Source: Lachnospiraceae bacterium (GTDB lineage Bacteria > Bacillota > Clostridia > Lachnospirales > Lachnospiraceae). From it: a stretch of DNA of 64,000 nt. Both the position numbers and the translations under genes were made by a program. Positions 17,569 to 27,027 of the stretch are shown here, piece by piece. Numbering within the stretch: position 1 is the first letter of the stretch; each line of letters starts with the position of its first letter. A model generated the notes under the pieces. The model saw nothing but the letters and a program-made list of their open reading frames with translations, ran no database searches and was not told the origin of the DNA. The stretch covers positions 7,140 to 71,139 of the forward strand of contig CAAGFJ010000044.1 of NCBI GenBank assembly GCA_900769115.1. Direction: 5' to 3'.

Positions 17569-19254
17569 CTAAAGATCATTTTTCCATGTGTGCCAGTCAA
17601 ATGGATCATATTTAGTAATATCAATACCATAATCTCCGTTCATTAACTGGCTAATAGTTTGATATTCATTAAGCAAAAAATTATTTGATGTAAAATGTAA
17701 TGCATCTTCCATACTGTTTTGAGGCTTGCTCCATCCGTCAGGATTAAATACAAATTGTTCGGATGAAGATGCCCATCCTTGGACTTCGCAATACAGGAAC
17801 TTGTTCTGCTCCATGAAAATTAATGTAATCATGTGACCTAACGGATAATGAGTTTGCTTGCTTCGAGGAGAATAATATCGACTATAATCATTATATAAAT
17901 CGTTGGTATCGTTATCCAAGTAAGAGCAATAAAGAGGAATATATGGGTAACCTAGCATAGTCATGGTTTCTGCGACTGTTGCTGCACCCCAACAGGTATA
18001 TTCAGAATAGCTGTGACTTTTAATCCAGTACGCAATAGCTGTATATGTTTCATAATCTGTCATATTTGATGAACATTGAGCAACATCGTTTAAGATACTT
18101 TTAAGTTTTGATTCGGTATGGTAGTCGTAAGCGGGACTAAGAAATGGATTGTAGTTATAGTATTTTATATAGTCATAGCTTGCTGATGATGAAAATCCAT
18201 TGGAAATTAATGTGACAACTTTTTCATCACCAAAATATAAGTCAACGGATTGTTTTTCGTTTAATAAGCAGCTTACGTTTACAAGAATATATCCGATATA
18301 TCCCTGTTTATAAAGAGATTGTTGCATCTTGTCATTTTCTGGCATCTTATCATAGTAAGTCAAAGATATATCAGAGACTACCTGTGCATCCTTTCTATTT
18401 GGAATATATTGTGTGTTTGAAAAATTGTTAAAGCCACAGCTTCCGTTATATTGCGTATGAATCACAAATTCATTGCTTAGTCGTTCTTTGATGAAGATTG
18501 GGAAATAACATTGAGCGAAACTCATTTTTTCTGTATTATCAAAGGTAGTAGCAGTATATTTAAAGAATGGAAACTCGTTGCAGTTATAAGCAATAGATAC
18601 TCCATTTATGGTATTTGTGGTCATTTGGTAATTAGGAGAGGGGATTTGTACTGTTATTGTTGACCAATCAGAGTAATATGTTTTTTTACCTATTTTTTGA
18701 TAGGAACGAACACGGCATGTGTAATTTACTTCCCACTCTTTAATATTAAATTGATAGAAAGGGTGTTGCGAATTTAAATCCTCTTTCTTGAGTTCTGTAT
18801 CCAATGTTCCGTTGTTGCTCACCTCTATGTTGTATCCGGTTACATTTTTGTCGCTACTCCAATAAAATGTCAGATAGTCTTCATAAATATTGTGAGACAA
18901 ATTTTGGATTTTGGGAATGCTTATCTTATATTTTATATATTTTTTCCCATGTAGCTTCTTTCCCTTATATTTGCCGGTTAAAGTTACTTTAATCTTGTAG
19001 GAACCGGGAGCCACAGGATTTTTAGCATATGTGAGTTTATAATTCTTTTGCTTTAACTTTTTTCCCTGATATTTAACGGTAACTTTGGGTTTTACCTTTT
19101 TTCCGGTATAAGAGTATTCCTTTTTTGAAATAGATACTGCCCATTTAGGAGTTTTCCCTTTTGCGTAAGCATTGATATGGGTGCAATTTGGTAATAGTAT
19201 ATATATCAATAATATAATAAACAATATTTTTAGAGTGAACTTTCTACATTTCAT
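17569..19254 (-). CDS. Secreted multidomain protein; Ig/FN3-like repeats and a C-terminal transglutaminase-like (Cys...His) region
   Basis: Signal peptide MKCRKFTLKILFIILLIYILLPNCTHINAYA. Lys-rich beta-repeat N-terminus. YTCWGAATVAETMTMLGYPY ... GHMITLIFME resembles a papain/transglutaminase-fold core. AT-richer than its neighbours. Confidence 0.45.
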   Translation of the reverse strand: MKCRKFTLKILFIILLIYILLPNCTHINAYAKGKTPKWAVSISKKEYSYTGKKVKPKVTVKYQGKKLKQKNYKLTYAKNPVAPGSYKIKVTLTGKYKGKKLHGKKYIKYKISIPKIQNLSHNIYEDYLTFYWSSDKNVTGYNIEVSNNGTLDTELKKEDLNSQHPFYQFNIKEWEVNYTCRVRSYQKIGKKTYYSDWSTITVQIPSPNYQMTTNTINGVSIAYNCNEFPFFKYTATTFDNTEKMSFAQCYFPIFIKERLSNEFVIHTQYNGSCGFNNFSNTQYIPNRKDAQVVSDISLTYYDKMPENDKMQQSLYKQGYIGYILVNVSCLLNEKQSVDLYFGDEKVVTLISNGFSSSASYDYIKYYNYNPFLSPAYDYHTESKLKSILNDVAQCSSNMTDYETYTAIAYWIKSHSYSEYTCWGAATVAETMTMLGYPYIPLYCSYLDNDTNDLYNDYSRYYSPRSKQTHYPLGHMITLIFMEQNKFLYCEVQGWASSSEQFVFNPDGWSKPQNSMEDALHFTSNNFLLNEYQTISQLMNGDYGIDITKYDPFDWHTWKNDL

Positions 19255-19312
19255 AATTGAATTCTCCTATTAGTTTACATAAATTTTGTTTTATATAAAG
19301 AACAGTATAAAT

Positions 19313-19344
19313 GCCACATCAAGAATGGAATTCATTGATGTGGC
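19313..19344 (-). terminator. Hairpin downstream of the 113-aa gene
   Basis: GCCACATCAA (19313-19322) / TTGATGTGGC (19335-19344), a 10-bp perfect stem. A/T runs flank it on both sides. Confidence 0.45.
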
Positions 19345-19351
19345 AACTTTT

Positions 19352-19693
19352 TTATAATCGGAATTTTACCTGAATCGGTTCCTTCAGGTGTTGTCCTCCG
19401 CGAGACTTCACTCTTGTTGTTATATTCAGATAATAATCGGTATCTTTGGCATATGCCTCCAATGGTTCTACCTCGATCTCCATATCAGCATCGTTATAGT
19501 TGAACTTCGTTGCCATCCGCATACCGGTTTCGCTCTCTACATATAAGTTGTCTGAAGTAATTGTAGAAGGATCTAAGGCGGTTGTAAAACGACATTTCCA
19601 TACGAACCTGCCTGTCTTAAAACTAAGGTTCTGCTTCACACGGCTCTCATATCCTTTTGGTACATCTTCAATCTCTATATAATCACGTGCCAT
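19352..19693 (-). CDS. Hypothetical small beta-rich protein (113 aa)
   Basis: Start moved to ATG (complement of 19691-19693), 8 nt after GGAGG. No recognisable catalytic motif. Confidence 0.5.
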   Translation of the reverse strand: MARDYIEIEDVPKGYESRVKQNLSFKTGRFVWKCRFTTALDPSTITSDNLYVESETGMRMATKFNYNDADMEIEVEPLEAYAKDTDYYLNITTRVKSRGGQHLKEPIQVKFRL

Positions 19694-19827
19694 CTTATAC
19701 ACCTCCTGTCGGATCTGCTTGTTTCAATATTCTGTGGCGCATACAGGTGATGCACCTTACAATTGCATATTGTAACATACAAACCTTACAAAATCCATTA
19801 GGATTACAATTCCTGTCAGAAAAGGTA

Positions 19828-20400
19828 TTACATCTCGTAGCCAACCAGAAATGCTTTCTGATTGATCTCAATTGTCTTAGGAGGAACGGTCTTGGCAATG
19901 ACATCCAACCAGTCTTCCTTAGAGAAGTCCATATGCTGTGCAGCAACACCTAATACAATGTTGTTAAAGACTCTGGAATTGCCTAATTTCAAAGCCTCAG
20001 CGGCAGCATCGACAGAGTATACCTTATATGTCTTAGACAGATCTTCAATGATATTCTCCGGATACTGTGCAGCACCGGTTACTACTGTGATCGGATCAAT
20101 CCGCTGGTCGTTAATGACTAAGGCTCCGCCCGGTTTTAAGAAGTGTGCATAACGAAGAGCTTCTAACCGCTCAAATGCGATCAGCACGTCAGCCTGTCCG
20201 GCTTCTACAATCGGCTCAGCCACCTTTTCACCATAGCGGACAAATGTAACAACGGAACCTCCACGCTGTGCCATTCCATGAACCTCTGATAACTTTACAT
20301 CATATCCGGCAGTTAAAATGATTCCACCAAGAATACGGCTTGTAAGCAGCGTACCCTGACCACCAACGCCGACGATCATAATATTCTTTGTTTCAGCCAT
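19828..20400 (-). CDS. iorB: Indolepyruvate:ferredoxin oxidoreductase, beta subunit
   Basis: IMIVGVGGQGTLLTSRILG N-terminus. 190 aa. Overlaps the iorA stop by 1 nt. Confidence 0.85.
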   Translation of the reverse strand: MAETKNIMIVGVGGQGTLLTSRILGGIILTAGYDVKLSEVHGMAQRGGSVVTFVRYGEKVAEPIVEAGQADVLIAFERLEALRYAHFLKPGGALVINDQRIDPITVVTGAAQYPENIIEDLSKTYKVYSVDAAAEALKLGNSRVFNNIVLGVAAQHMDFSKEDWLDVIAKTVPPKTIEINQKAFLVGYEM

Positions 20401-22172
20401 TATTTAGCCACCTCCTCAATTGCATCAAACGGACAAAGATTCTTACATAATCCACAGCCGTTACACATCGTTGCATCAATGGAAATGGTTCCGTCCTCAT
20501 TCTTTGTAAGTGCAGGACATCCTGGCTTTAAGCACATGCCACACTTCTTACATTTCTCAGGAACAGGAACGCATTTGTTCGGGAAGTGAACTTCCTTAAG
20601 CAATGCACAAGGAGACTTTGTAATAATAACAGATACGGCATCTCTGGCAACTTCTTCCTTGATAACCTTCTCTAATTCTTTGATATCGAAAGCATTCACC
20701 TCTGTGACATGCTCAATTCCCATGGACTTACACAGATGGTAAATGTTGATTGCAGGAACAACCTTACCCTGCAAGGTCTTACCGGTAGCAGCATGATCCT
20801 GATGACCGGTCATACCGGTGGTGGAGTTATCCAAGATGATAACCGTTCCGGTACCCTGATTGTATACCATGTTCATTAAAGAATTCACACCGGTATGCAT
20901 AAATGTGGAATCACCGATAACGGCAACCCAGTTCTTAATATATTCTTTGCCTTTTGCCATCTCCATACCATGTAAAGAAGAGATAGATGCACCCATACAG
21001 ATTGTGGTATCAACGACACTTAATGGAGCAACGGCACCTAATGTATAGCATCCGATATCTCCTGCTGCATGAATCTTTAACTTGTTAAGAACCGTATAGA
21101 CACTTCTGTGCGGACATCCCGGACAGAGAAGCGGTGGTCTTGCAGGAACCTCGGCTGGTGTATTGATTGAAAGATTCTCTTTCAATACAACCTTGCGGAT
21201 CATGTTGGCACTATATTCGCCCTGTACGGTAAATGCTTCCTTACCGATGCAGTCAATGCCCCAGGCACGAACCTGTTCCTCGATCACTGGCTCTAATTCT
21301 TCAAAAATGTATAACGTATCTACTTTAGAAGCAAATTCTTCAATTAACTTCTTAGGAAGTGGATGAACCATACCCAGCTTCAATACGGAAGCGTCCGGAC
21401 ATGCTTCTTTTACATAGGTGTAAGGAATTCCACTTGTGATGAATCCAATCTTTGTATCATTCATCTCCACACGGTTCAGTGGTACATCCTTAGAAAATCC
21501 CTCTTTGGCAACGACCAATGTGTTAGCCGCTTCTGCCATGTCCTTCAGACGCTGTTCTACGAATACATGACGTTTGATCGCATTACCAGGCATCATAACA
21601 TTCTTGGCAATGTTACGTTCGTACACTTTATCTTCCGGTACAACACGGTCTTCCAGAGCTACAACGCCCTGTGAGTGCGCCAATCTGGTTGTAGTACGAA
21701 GAACCATTGGGGTATCAAACTGTTCACTTAAGTCAAATGCAAGCTTCATGAAATCCTTGGCTTCCTGTGAGTCAGATGGCTCTAATACAGGAACCTGGGC
21801 GGCACGGCAGATCTGACGGGTATCCTGCTCGTTCTGGGAGCTGTACATTCCCGGGTCATCTGCAACAACGGCAACCAGACCGCCATTTGCACCAATATAA
21901 GCTGCGGTATACATTGGGTCTGCAGCTACATTGAAACCTACATGTTTCATGGAAGCCATTGCACGTACACCACTGATGGATGCGCCGACAGCAACCTCCA
22001 TTGCAACCTTCTCATTCGGTGCCCATTCACAATATACTTCCGGGTATTTTACTAAATTCTCACTGATCTCGGTACTTGGTGTTCCCGGATAAGCAGATGA
22101 TACCTTGACACCTGCTTCGTACGCACCACGGGCAATTGCCTCGTTACCGAGCATAACTTTCTTCTCTGACAT
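20400..22172 (-). CDS. iorA: Indolepyruvate:ferredoxin oxidoreductase, alpha subunit (TPP and 2x[4Fe-4S])
   Basis: LGNEAIARGAYEAGVKVSSAYPGTPSTEI. TPP-binding GDSTFMHTG. C-terminal CKKCGMC...CNGCGLCKNLCP. Confidence 0.9.
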   Translation of the reverse strand: MSEKKVMLGNEAIARGAYEAGVKVSSAYPGTPSTEISENLVKYPEVYCEWAPNEKVAMEVAVGASISGVRAMASMKHVGFNVAADPMYTAAYIGANGGLVAVVADDPGMYSSQNEQDTRQICRAAQVPVLEPSDSQEAKDFMKLAFDLSEQFDTPMVLRTTTRLAHSQGVVALEDRVVPEDKVYERNIAKNVMMPGNAIKRHVFVEQRLKDMAEAANTLVVAKEGFSKDVPLNRVEMNDTKIGFITSGIPYTYVKEACPDASVLKLGMVHPLPKKLIEEFASKVDTLYIFEELEPVIEEQVRAWGIDCIGKEAFTVQGEYSANMIRKVVLKENLSINTPAEVPARPPLLCPGCPHRSVYTVLNKLKIHAAGDIGCYTLGAVAPLSVVDTTICMGASISSLHGMEMAKGKEYIKNWVAVIGDSTFMHTGVNSLMNMVYNQGTGTVIILDNSTTGMTGHQDHAATGKTLQGKVVPAINIYHLCKSMGIEHVTEVNAFDIKELEKVIKEEVARDAVSVIITKSPCALLKEVHFPNKCVPVPEKCKKCGMCLKPGCPALTKNEDGTISIDATMCNGCGLCKNLCPFDAIEEVAK

Positions 22173-22206
22173 GAGAGTCCTCCTTTTGTAACATCAATTA
22201 GAGTCT

Positions 22207-22235
22207 ATTATAGCGGAAATGAGAAGATTTGTCAT
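22207..22235 (-). promoter_or_regulatory. Candidate promoter of iorAB
   Basis: Minus strand reads ATGACA (complement of 22230-22235), 17-nt spacer, TATAAT (complement of 22207-22212). Confidence 0.45.
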
Positions 22236-22246
22236 TAACAGAATGC

Positions 22247-22299
22247 AAAAAAATGGATTCCAAATGAGCATTTTGCTTGATGTCTCAAATGGAATCCAT
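22247..22299 (-). terminator. Rho-independent terminator of the GH25 gene
   Basis: ATGGATTCCA (22253-22262) / TGGAATCCAT (22290-22299), a 10-bp stem. On the minus strand it is followed by a T7 run (complement of 22247-22253). Confidence 0.7.
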
Positions 22300-22340
22300 A
22301 TCTGGTTCAGTTATGCATTCAATAAATGAAATCTTGCTGA

Positions 22341-24155
22341 TTATTTAATCTTCACATAGGCAGAAGAGATATAGCCGTTATAGGTCTTGCCATTTTTATT
22401 GAAACGAACCTTGTACCAGGTAATGCCGCCTCTTTTCTTGGAGGATAACACAGTAACTACTTTGCCTTTATTTAATCTTGTCAGGCGTTTGGAAAGAACA
22501 GAACGGGATTTGCGTACATTTACTCTGGAGGTTTTGATCTGTCCTTTCTTTCCGGTCTTTACCTGATATCCGGGAACATAGCCTTTGACAGAACCATGCG
22601 AGACATAATACCATCTGGTACCGTTATCGTCATAGGTTCCGTAAATGATCTGTAACGGATCATTTTTCTTCGGAGCTGCCACAACAGAGGCATCAATGGA
22701 CTTGTCTGCATACAGATTCACACGATATTTTGGCAGAGCCATCTTTGTCGGATTCGGCTTTGTATAAGAAGATACAACCGGGGAGTAGTCACTGTAATTT
22801 GTGCCACCGCCGCTGTTTTTCATATACATTCGAATCTTATAATAGTAACATTCTGAAGAAGAAAGACCGCTGTTTTTGAAGCTTGTTGTATTCCTGCTTG
22901 AAATGGTCGCAACCTTCTTGTAAGAGCCATTTGCGGAGGATGCCCGGTAGATCTCATAGCCGGATGCGGAATTGTGTTTGTCCCAGCTTAATGTAATCGC
23001 GCTCTTAGAACGGGCTGCGATCGACAGAGAAGTCATTGCTTCCGGTACAATATTAAATGTAATGTAACGGGTGCCGGTGATGCCATTTAACCCGGTGATT
23101 GTTGCTTTTGCGGTTCCGATATCCGTATTGTATTCGTAGGTCACACTATAATCGGTTCCGGCGGTGAGAACTTTATCTTTCATAGTAACGGTAAATGCCG
23201 GGGTGATCGGACTTCCGGTGTAGATCTGATCCGGAATCGGAGTAATCGTAGCACTGGCAAGGTTGTCACCGGCAACATTATAATAGAAATTCATGTCTAC
23301 CTTGGTAGGAATACCGGATACCGTTCCCTGACTGGAATATTGCCAATAAGTAAAGGTTCCATTATAGGAGGTATTGGTTGTGTAGTTTGCTAACCAGATG
23401 GGATAGCTGTTACTGATTGTTGCAGCATTCAGGTGATTATTCAGCATATCCGGGTTGGCATATACCATTGGAGTATATCCAGCGGCTGCAATCTTGTTAC
23501 AGAAAGCAAGACATACATTAGTGGCAGCCTCTTTTGACAAGTTTGCATTCTTTAAACGTCCACCATTGGAAGAACCGGATGCGAACTCATAATCTAAGAT
23601 CAAAGGCATTGTAACATGATAGGTACCGATACGGTCTAGAATGAACTGCGCTTCCTCTTCGGCTTCGGCAGGGGTAATGGCCTGTGAGAATACATAGATG
23701 CCGACATTCACACCGGCAGCAATAGCGTTCTGCATATTTGCCGCATAGGTGGAGTCATTGTACATGCCGCCGGATGCTCCCCAGCCCCGGCCGCCTACAC
23801 GGATAAATGCAAAATCAATGCCGGAGGCTTTCACGGTTGTCCAGTCAATGCTTTTTTGGTATTCGCTCACATCAACACCATTTATGATAGGAATTCCTGT
23901 AAACTGGTCCTGATGGGTATAATAGGCATTGGTATAAGGGCTATAGGTTTGAAATCCACCATAGCGCCTGATCAAGGTTGAATCGGATGTATCCGGGTTG
24001 GCATCCTCATAGAATTCCTTTGGAATATCTATTCCGGATAAACGTCCGGCTCCGGGATCATCCTTTGCGGCAGCCTGTACACAGAATGGAGTGCATGCGG
24101 CAAAGAATGTAAGTGATAATAATAATGTGTGAGCTAGAAAATTCTTTTTCATCAA
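22341..24155 (-). CDS. Secreted GH25 muramidase (lysozyme) with Ig/FN3-like and C-terminal SH3-like repeats
   Basis: Signal peptide. GIDVSEYQKSIDWTTVKASGIDFAFIRVG GH25 signature. FN3-like SLSIAARSKSAITLSWDK. C-terminal SH3b-like repeats. Confidence 0.85.
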   Translation of the reverse strand: MMKKNFLAHTLLLSLTFFAACTPFCVQAAAKDDPGAGRLSGIDIPKEFYEDANPDTSDSTLIRRYGGFQTYSPYTNAYYTHQDQFTGIPIINGVDVSEYQKSIDWTTVKASGIDFAFIRVGGRGWGASGGMYNDSTYAANMQNAIAAGVNVGIYVFSQAITPAEAEEEAQFILDRIGTYHVTMPLILDYEFASGSSNGGRLKNANLSKEAATNVCLAFCNKIAAAGYTPMVYANPDMLNNHLNAATISNSYPIWLANYTTNTSYNGTFTYWQYSSQGTVSGIPTKVDMNFYYNVAGDNLASATITPIPDQIYTGSPITPAFTVTMKDKVLTAGTDYSVTYEYNTDIGTAKATITGLNGITGTRYITFNIVPEAMTSLSIAARSKSAITLSWDKHNSASGYEIYRASSANGSYKKVATISSRNTTSFKNSGLSSSECYYYKIRMYMKNSGGGTNYSDYSPVVSSYTKPNPTKMALPKYRVNLYADKSIDASVVAAPKKNDPLQIIYGTYDDNGTRWYYVSHGSVKGYVPGYQVKTGKKGQIKTSRVNVRKSRSVLSKRLTRLNKGKVVTVLSSKKRGGITWYKVRFNKNGKTYNGYISSAYVKIK

Positions 24156-24442
24156 TATAATCTTACTGTAAGATACAGCTTTCTCCTTTCGTTTCGTAAT
24201 TTCCGGCAGTCATGAAATAACCGCTTTCCTGTAATCAATATTCACATACGTTTTATCATTATAAAACAAGTTGACATAAAATTCTATACAATAATGTAAC
24301 AGATTTGTAAATTCTATAAAGAAAGTATGAAATCGTAGTGAAAAGAATATAAAGTGAAAAAATATTTACCTAAAAAAACCTAATAAAATCAAGGGGTTGC
24401 GGAGTTTTGTAAAATTTTTTTAAAAAAAGTTGAAAAAAGTAC

Positions 24443-24471
24443 TTGCAATTTGTTTCAGCATCATATATAAT
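24443..24471 (+). promoter_or_regulatory. Near-consensus promoter of tRNA-Lys
   Basis: TTGCAA 24443-24448, 17-nt spacer, TATAAT 24466-24471, preceded by an AT-rich UP-like tract. Confidence 0.6.
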
Positions 24472-24511
24472 CGTCATTGTTGCTGAGGTAAGCAGCAAGA
24501 ACTTAATACAC

Positions 24512-24584
24512 GGGCCGCTAGCTCATTTGGTAGAGCACCTGACTCTTAATCAGGGTGTGCGGGGTTCGAGCCCCCGGCGGCCCA
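24512..24584 (+). tRNA. tRNA-Lys (anticodon CTT)
   Basis: Cloverleaf folded by hand. Acceptor GGGCCGC/GCGGCCC, D stem GCTC/GAGC, anticodon stem CCTGA/TCAGG with loop CTCTTAA (CTT at 24545-24547), T arm CGGGG-TTCGAGC-CCCCG, discriminator A. CCA is not encoded. Confidence 0.93.
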
Positions 24585-24660
24585 CTCACAAAGGAATCGA
24601 TTTGATGTCATAGAACATTGGGTTGGTTCTTTTTCATTATACGGCAAAGGAATTCATACC

Positions 24661-26187
24661 ATGGCAGAGAAGTACATTATGATTCACGATATTCTAAGTG
24701 AACATAAGGATCGAATGTTGAACTTAAAAAAGTATTATCCATTTTTCGTGTTATGCGATACGACATTTTCCCAGTATAAGGAAGGTAAGTATTCGAATCT
24801 GGACATGGGTTATATTACCATGGCAACTTTGCGTTTCCTGATCAATGAGAACAATTTCCATGAAAGTGAAATTACATATGAGCAGTACGAGGCATTCTTA
24901 TTAGAGATTCTGCACCGTGAGTTTGGATTGGCAGAACCGGAAGAGGAAGAACGGGAGCTTTGCGGCTATATTTTTGATAAGATCAAGAATGATGGTAAGG
25001 CGTTCACCTTTCCGTACTTCGATCCGGAAGAGAAGAAGAAAAAGACAAGCCGGGTGAAGCTCATCGACAGCCGGATCGTGGATGGTGTCGTATTATATCA
25101 TGTGACAACGGATGGGATTGAATTCTATCTGGATACGAAGGAGATCAAGGAGGAGAGTAATATTTCCGTGCAACAGCTCCTGCTTGAGAAGATGATCCGG
25201 TCCGAGAACTTTGCAGGCGGTATTGAGGTTGTTAAGAGAATCAATAATGAAGTAGGGAAGCTTTCCTTAAAGAAGAAGGAAGTGTTAGACCTGTTAGGAT
25301 ATGATGTGTTTGCCGGAGCGAAAGCCAGTGAGGAATATATGGCAACGGTGGCAAAGTGGTTTGAAGAAGAATCGAAACTGTTTGAGAAGAACCGTGCATT
25401 GATCGATAAGGCATACAGTAAAGCGAACTCGGAATCCGGTTCCGTTGTGTTAAAAGAGATACATAAGTTAGATACGGAGCTTAAGAAGACGATCATCCGG
25501 CATGGAGAACTGATCCGGGAGACGATCGAACTGCAGAATATTGCGGATGAGATGATCGGACGTGCGAAGCTTCGCAAACTTCGTCCGGTATTCCAGTTCC
25601 GGGATGCTTTACAGAAGGCAATGAAGCAGGATAGGGCAGACCGGCTGGGGATGTTGATGGCACCACTTTTCATGCCAAAGCTTACGAAGTCATTTGCTGT
25701 GGAATCGGTCGACCGCATGTTAGAGAGCAAAGCAGACAATTCTGATTATGGAGAGAAGATCGAGAAGAAACAGGTTGATGCAGATTATGTATATGAGGAT
25801 GAGGTAGAGGAAGAACGAATTGGCGAGAACTTCGGACGACTGTTTGAAGAATTGTTAGAGCAGCTTTGGAAACATGGTAAGACGACGCTGCCGGAACTGA
25901 TGGCAATTTATGAGATCAAGTTTGGAAAAGAGATCTATCGCAATGGAGATGTCTATTCGTTTCTGGTGCATTTAGCCCAGAAGAACCGTTATGAGTTCAA
26001 GCATATGCAGGATAAGCAGGACACCTTCTTAGAGGGCATTGTGATGAACCGGCTGAGTGTGGAGAAGAAGGACAAGTATGGGAATATGGTATTTGAGATC
26101 TTCTTTGATGTTGGCAATATTCTGAACTTCGGCGACACGAAGGATGAGTCATTCAGTATTACGGACATGCGGTTCGAGACGGTGTAG
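24661..26187 (+). CDS. Hypothetical 508-aa protein; putative kleisin-like (MukF/JetA-position) subunit of the SMC-like module
   Basis: First gene after the tRNA. Layout is an N-terminal globular part, a long helical region, an acidic linker (DADYVYEDEVEEERIGE) and a small C-terminal domain. The assignment rests on operon position, size and this layout only. Confidence 0.35.
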   Translation: MAEKYIMIHDILSEHKDRMLNLKKYYPFFVLCDTTFSQYKEGKYSNLDMGYITMATLRFLINENNFHESEITYEQYEAFLLEILHREFGLAEPEEEERELCGYIFDKIKNDGKAFTFPYFDPEEKKKKTSRVKLIDSRIVDGVVLYHVTTDGIEFYLDTKEIKEESNISVQQLLLEKMIRSENFAGGIEVVKRINNEVGKLSLKKKEVLDLLGYDVFAGAKASEEYMATVAKWFEEESKLFEKNRALIDKAYSKANSESGSVVLKEIHKLDTELKKTIIRHGELIRETIELQNIADEMIGRAKLRKLRPVFQFRDALQKAMKQDRADRLGMLMAPLFMPKLTKSFAVESVDRMLESKADNSDYGEKIEKKQVDADYVYEDEVEEERIGENFGRLFEELLEQLWKHGKTTLPELMAIYEIKFGKEIYRNGDVYSFLVHLAQKNRYEFKHMQDKQDTFLEGIVMNRLSVEKKDKYGNMVFEIFFDVGNILNFGDTKDESFSITDMRFETV

Positions 26188-26223
26188 GATCATTTGACTA
26201 GGGGATTGGTTATAATATAGTAG

Positions 26224-26253
26224 TTGCCTAATCAGCTGGTTCGGTCGTATAAT
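26224..26253 (+). promoter_or_regulatory. Candidate autonomous promoter of the MNT-HEPN pair
   Basis: TTGCCT 26224-26229, 18-nt spacer, TATAAT 26248-26253, within the 113-nt gap after 26187. Confidence 0.45.
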
Positions 26254-26300
26254 GAAAAGAAAAGATTGGCTATGTAATGAGTAAGATGGAGGTGATTGTT

Positions 26301-26642
26301 ATGTGTACACAAGCGCAGTTAAATGTTGTTTCTCAATTGATGGTTGCATGCTATCGCAAAGTGTATGGCATAGATCGAATTAAATCCATTATTCTTTATG
26401 GATCCTATGCAAGAGGAGACTATGATTCAGAGTCGGATATCGATATTACAGCAGTAGTTTCGGGAAATAGAGAAGAATTGCAGGAGAAGCTGAAGTTAGT
26501 GTGGGATGAGTCAGCAGAGATTGGGTTAGAGAATGATGTAGTTGTTTCTCCGACAGTAATTCCGGAAGACGAATACGAACAATATCGGAATGTATTACCA
26601 TATTATAGAAATATCAGTATGGAGGGCAGAAAGATTGGATGA
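26301..26642 (+). CDS. Minimal nucleotidyltransferase (MNT) domain protein, antitoxin-type
   Basis: LYGSYARGDYDSESDIDI (GS-X9-DxD) motif. Start moved to ATG 26301, 8 nt after GGAGG (26288-26292). Confidence 0.8.
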   Translation: MCTQAQLNVVSQLMVACYRKVYGIDRIKSIILYGSYARGDYDSESDIDITAVVSGNREELQEKLKLVWDESAEIGLENDVVVSPTVIPEDEYEQYRNVLPYYRNISMEGRKIG

Positions 26643-27027
26643 TTTGATTCAATACCGTTTAGCGATGGCGGAGGAGAAGTTAATATCGGCAAAGATACTT
26701 ATGGACGCTGGACAGAATAAAGATTCTGTGGGGCGTTCTTATTATGCTATTTTTTCTGCCGTAAGAGCGGTATTAGCCCGTGATGAAGTGGATTTTTCGA
26801 AACACGCGGGAGTGATTGCATATTTTCAAAAGAATTACATCAAAACAGGAATTTTTGATAAAAAGTATTCGAAGTATTTACAAGGCGCATTTCAGATCCG
26901 TAACAACTGTGATTATAATGATTTCTATATTGTGTCTAAGAATGATACACAGGAACAATATGATCATGCAGTAGAGATGTTAGAAGTGATTAAGAGGTAT
27001 TTACAATCGGATACAGAAGAAAGATAA
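26635..27027 (+). CDS. HEPN-domain protein, toxin-type partner of the MNT
   Basis: RSYYAIFSAVRAVL helix and FQIRNNCDYND (R-X4-Y/H position). Probable TTG start at 26635, 8 nt after GGAGGG, overlapping the MNT stop by 8 nt. Alternative ATG at 26665. Confidence 0.7.
   Translation: MDDLIQYRLAMAEEKLISAKILMDAGQNKDSVGRSYYAIFSAVRAVLARDEVDFSKHAGVIAYFQKNYIKTGIFDKKYSKYLQGAFQIRNNCDYNDFYIVSKNDTQEQYDHAVEMLEVIKRYLQSDTEER

Noticed and set aside
24621-24645. Weak hairpin AGAAC-N9-GTTCT plus TTTTT after tRNA-Lys, as a terminator.
   Set aside because: It has only a 5-bp stem. It is plausible but too weak to list as a feature.
25125-25739. 204-aa minus-strand ORF inside the 508-aa gene. Similar antisense ORFs occur at 28190-28615, 44084-44509, 44577-44954, 49246-49764 and 50635-51108.
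   Set aside because: These are Ser/Phe/Ile-rich translations antisense to Glu/Lys-rich coding sequence, a typical frame shadow. They have no RBS and no motifs.
26194-26217. TTGACT ... TATAAT-like promoter immediately after the 508-aa gene.
   Set aside because: The spacer is only 11-13 nt. The TTGCCT-N18-TATAAT candidate at 26224-26253 is geometrically better.
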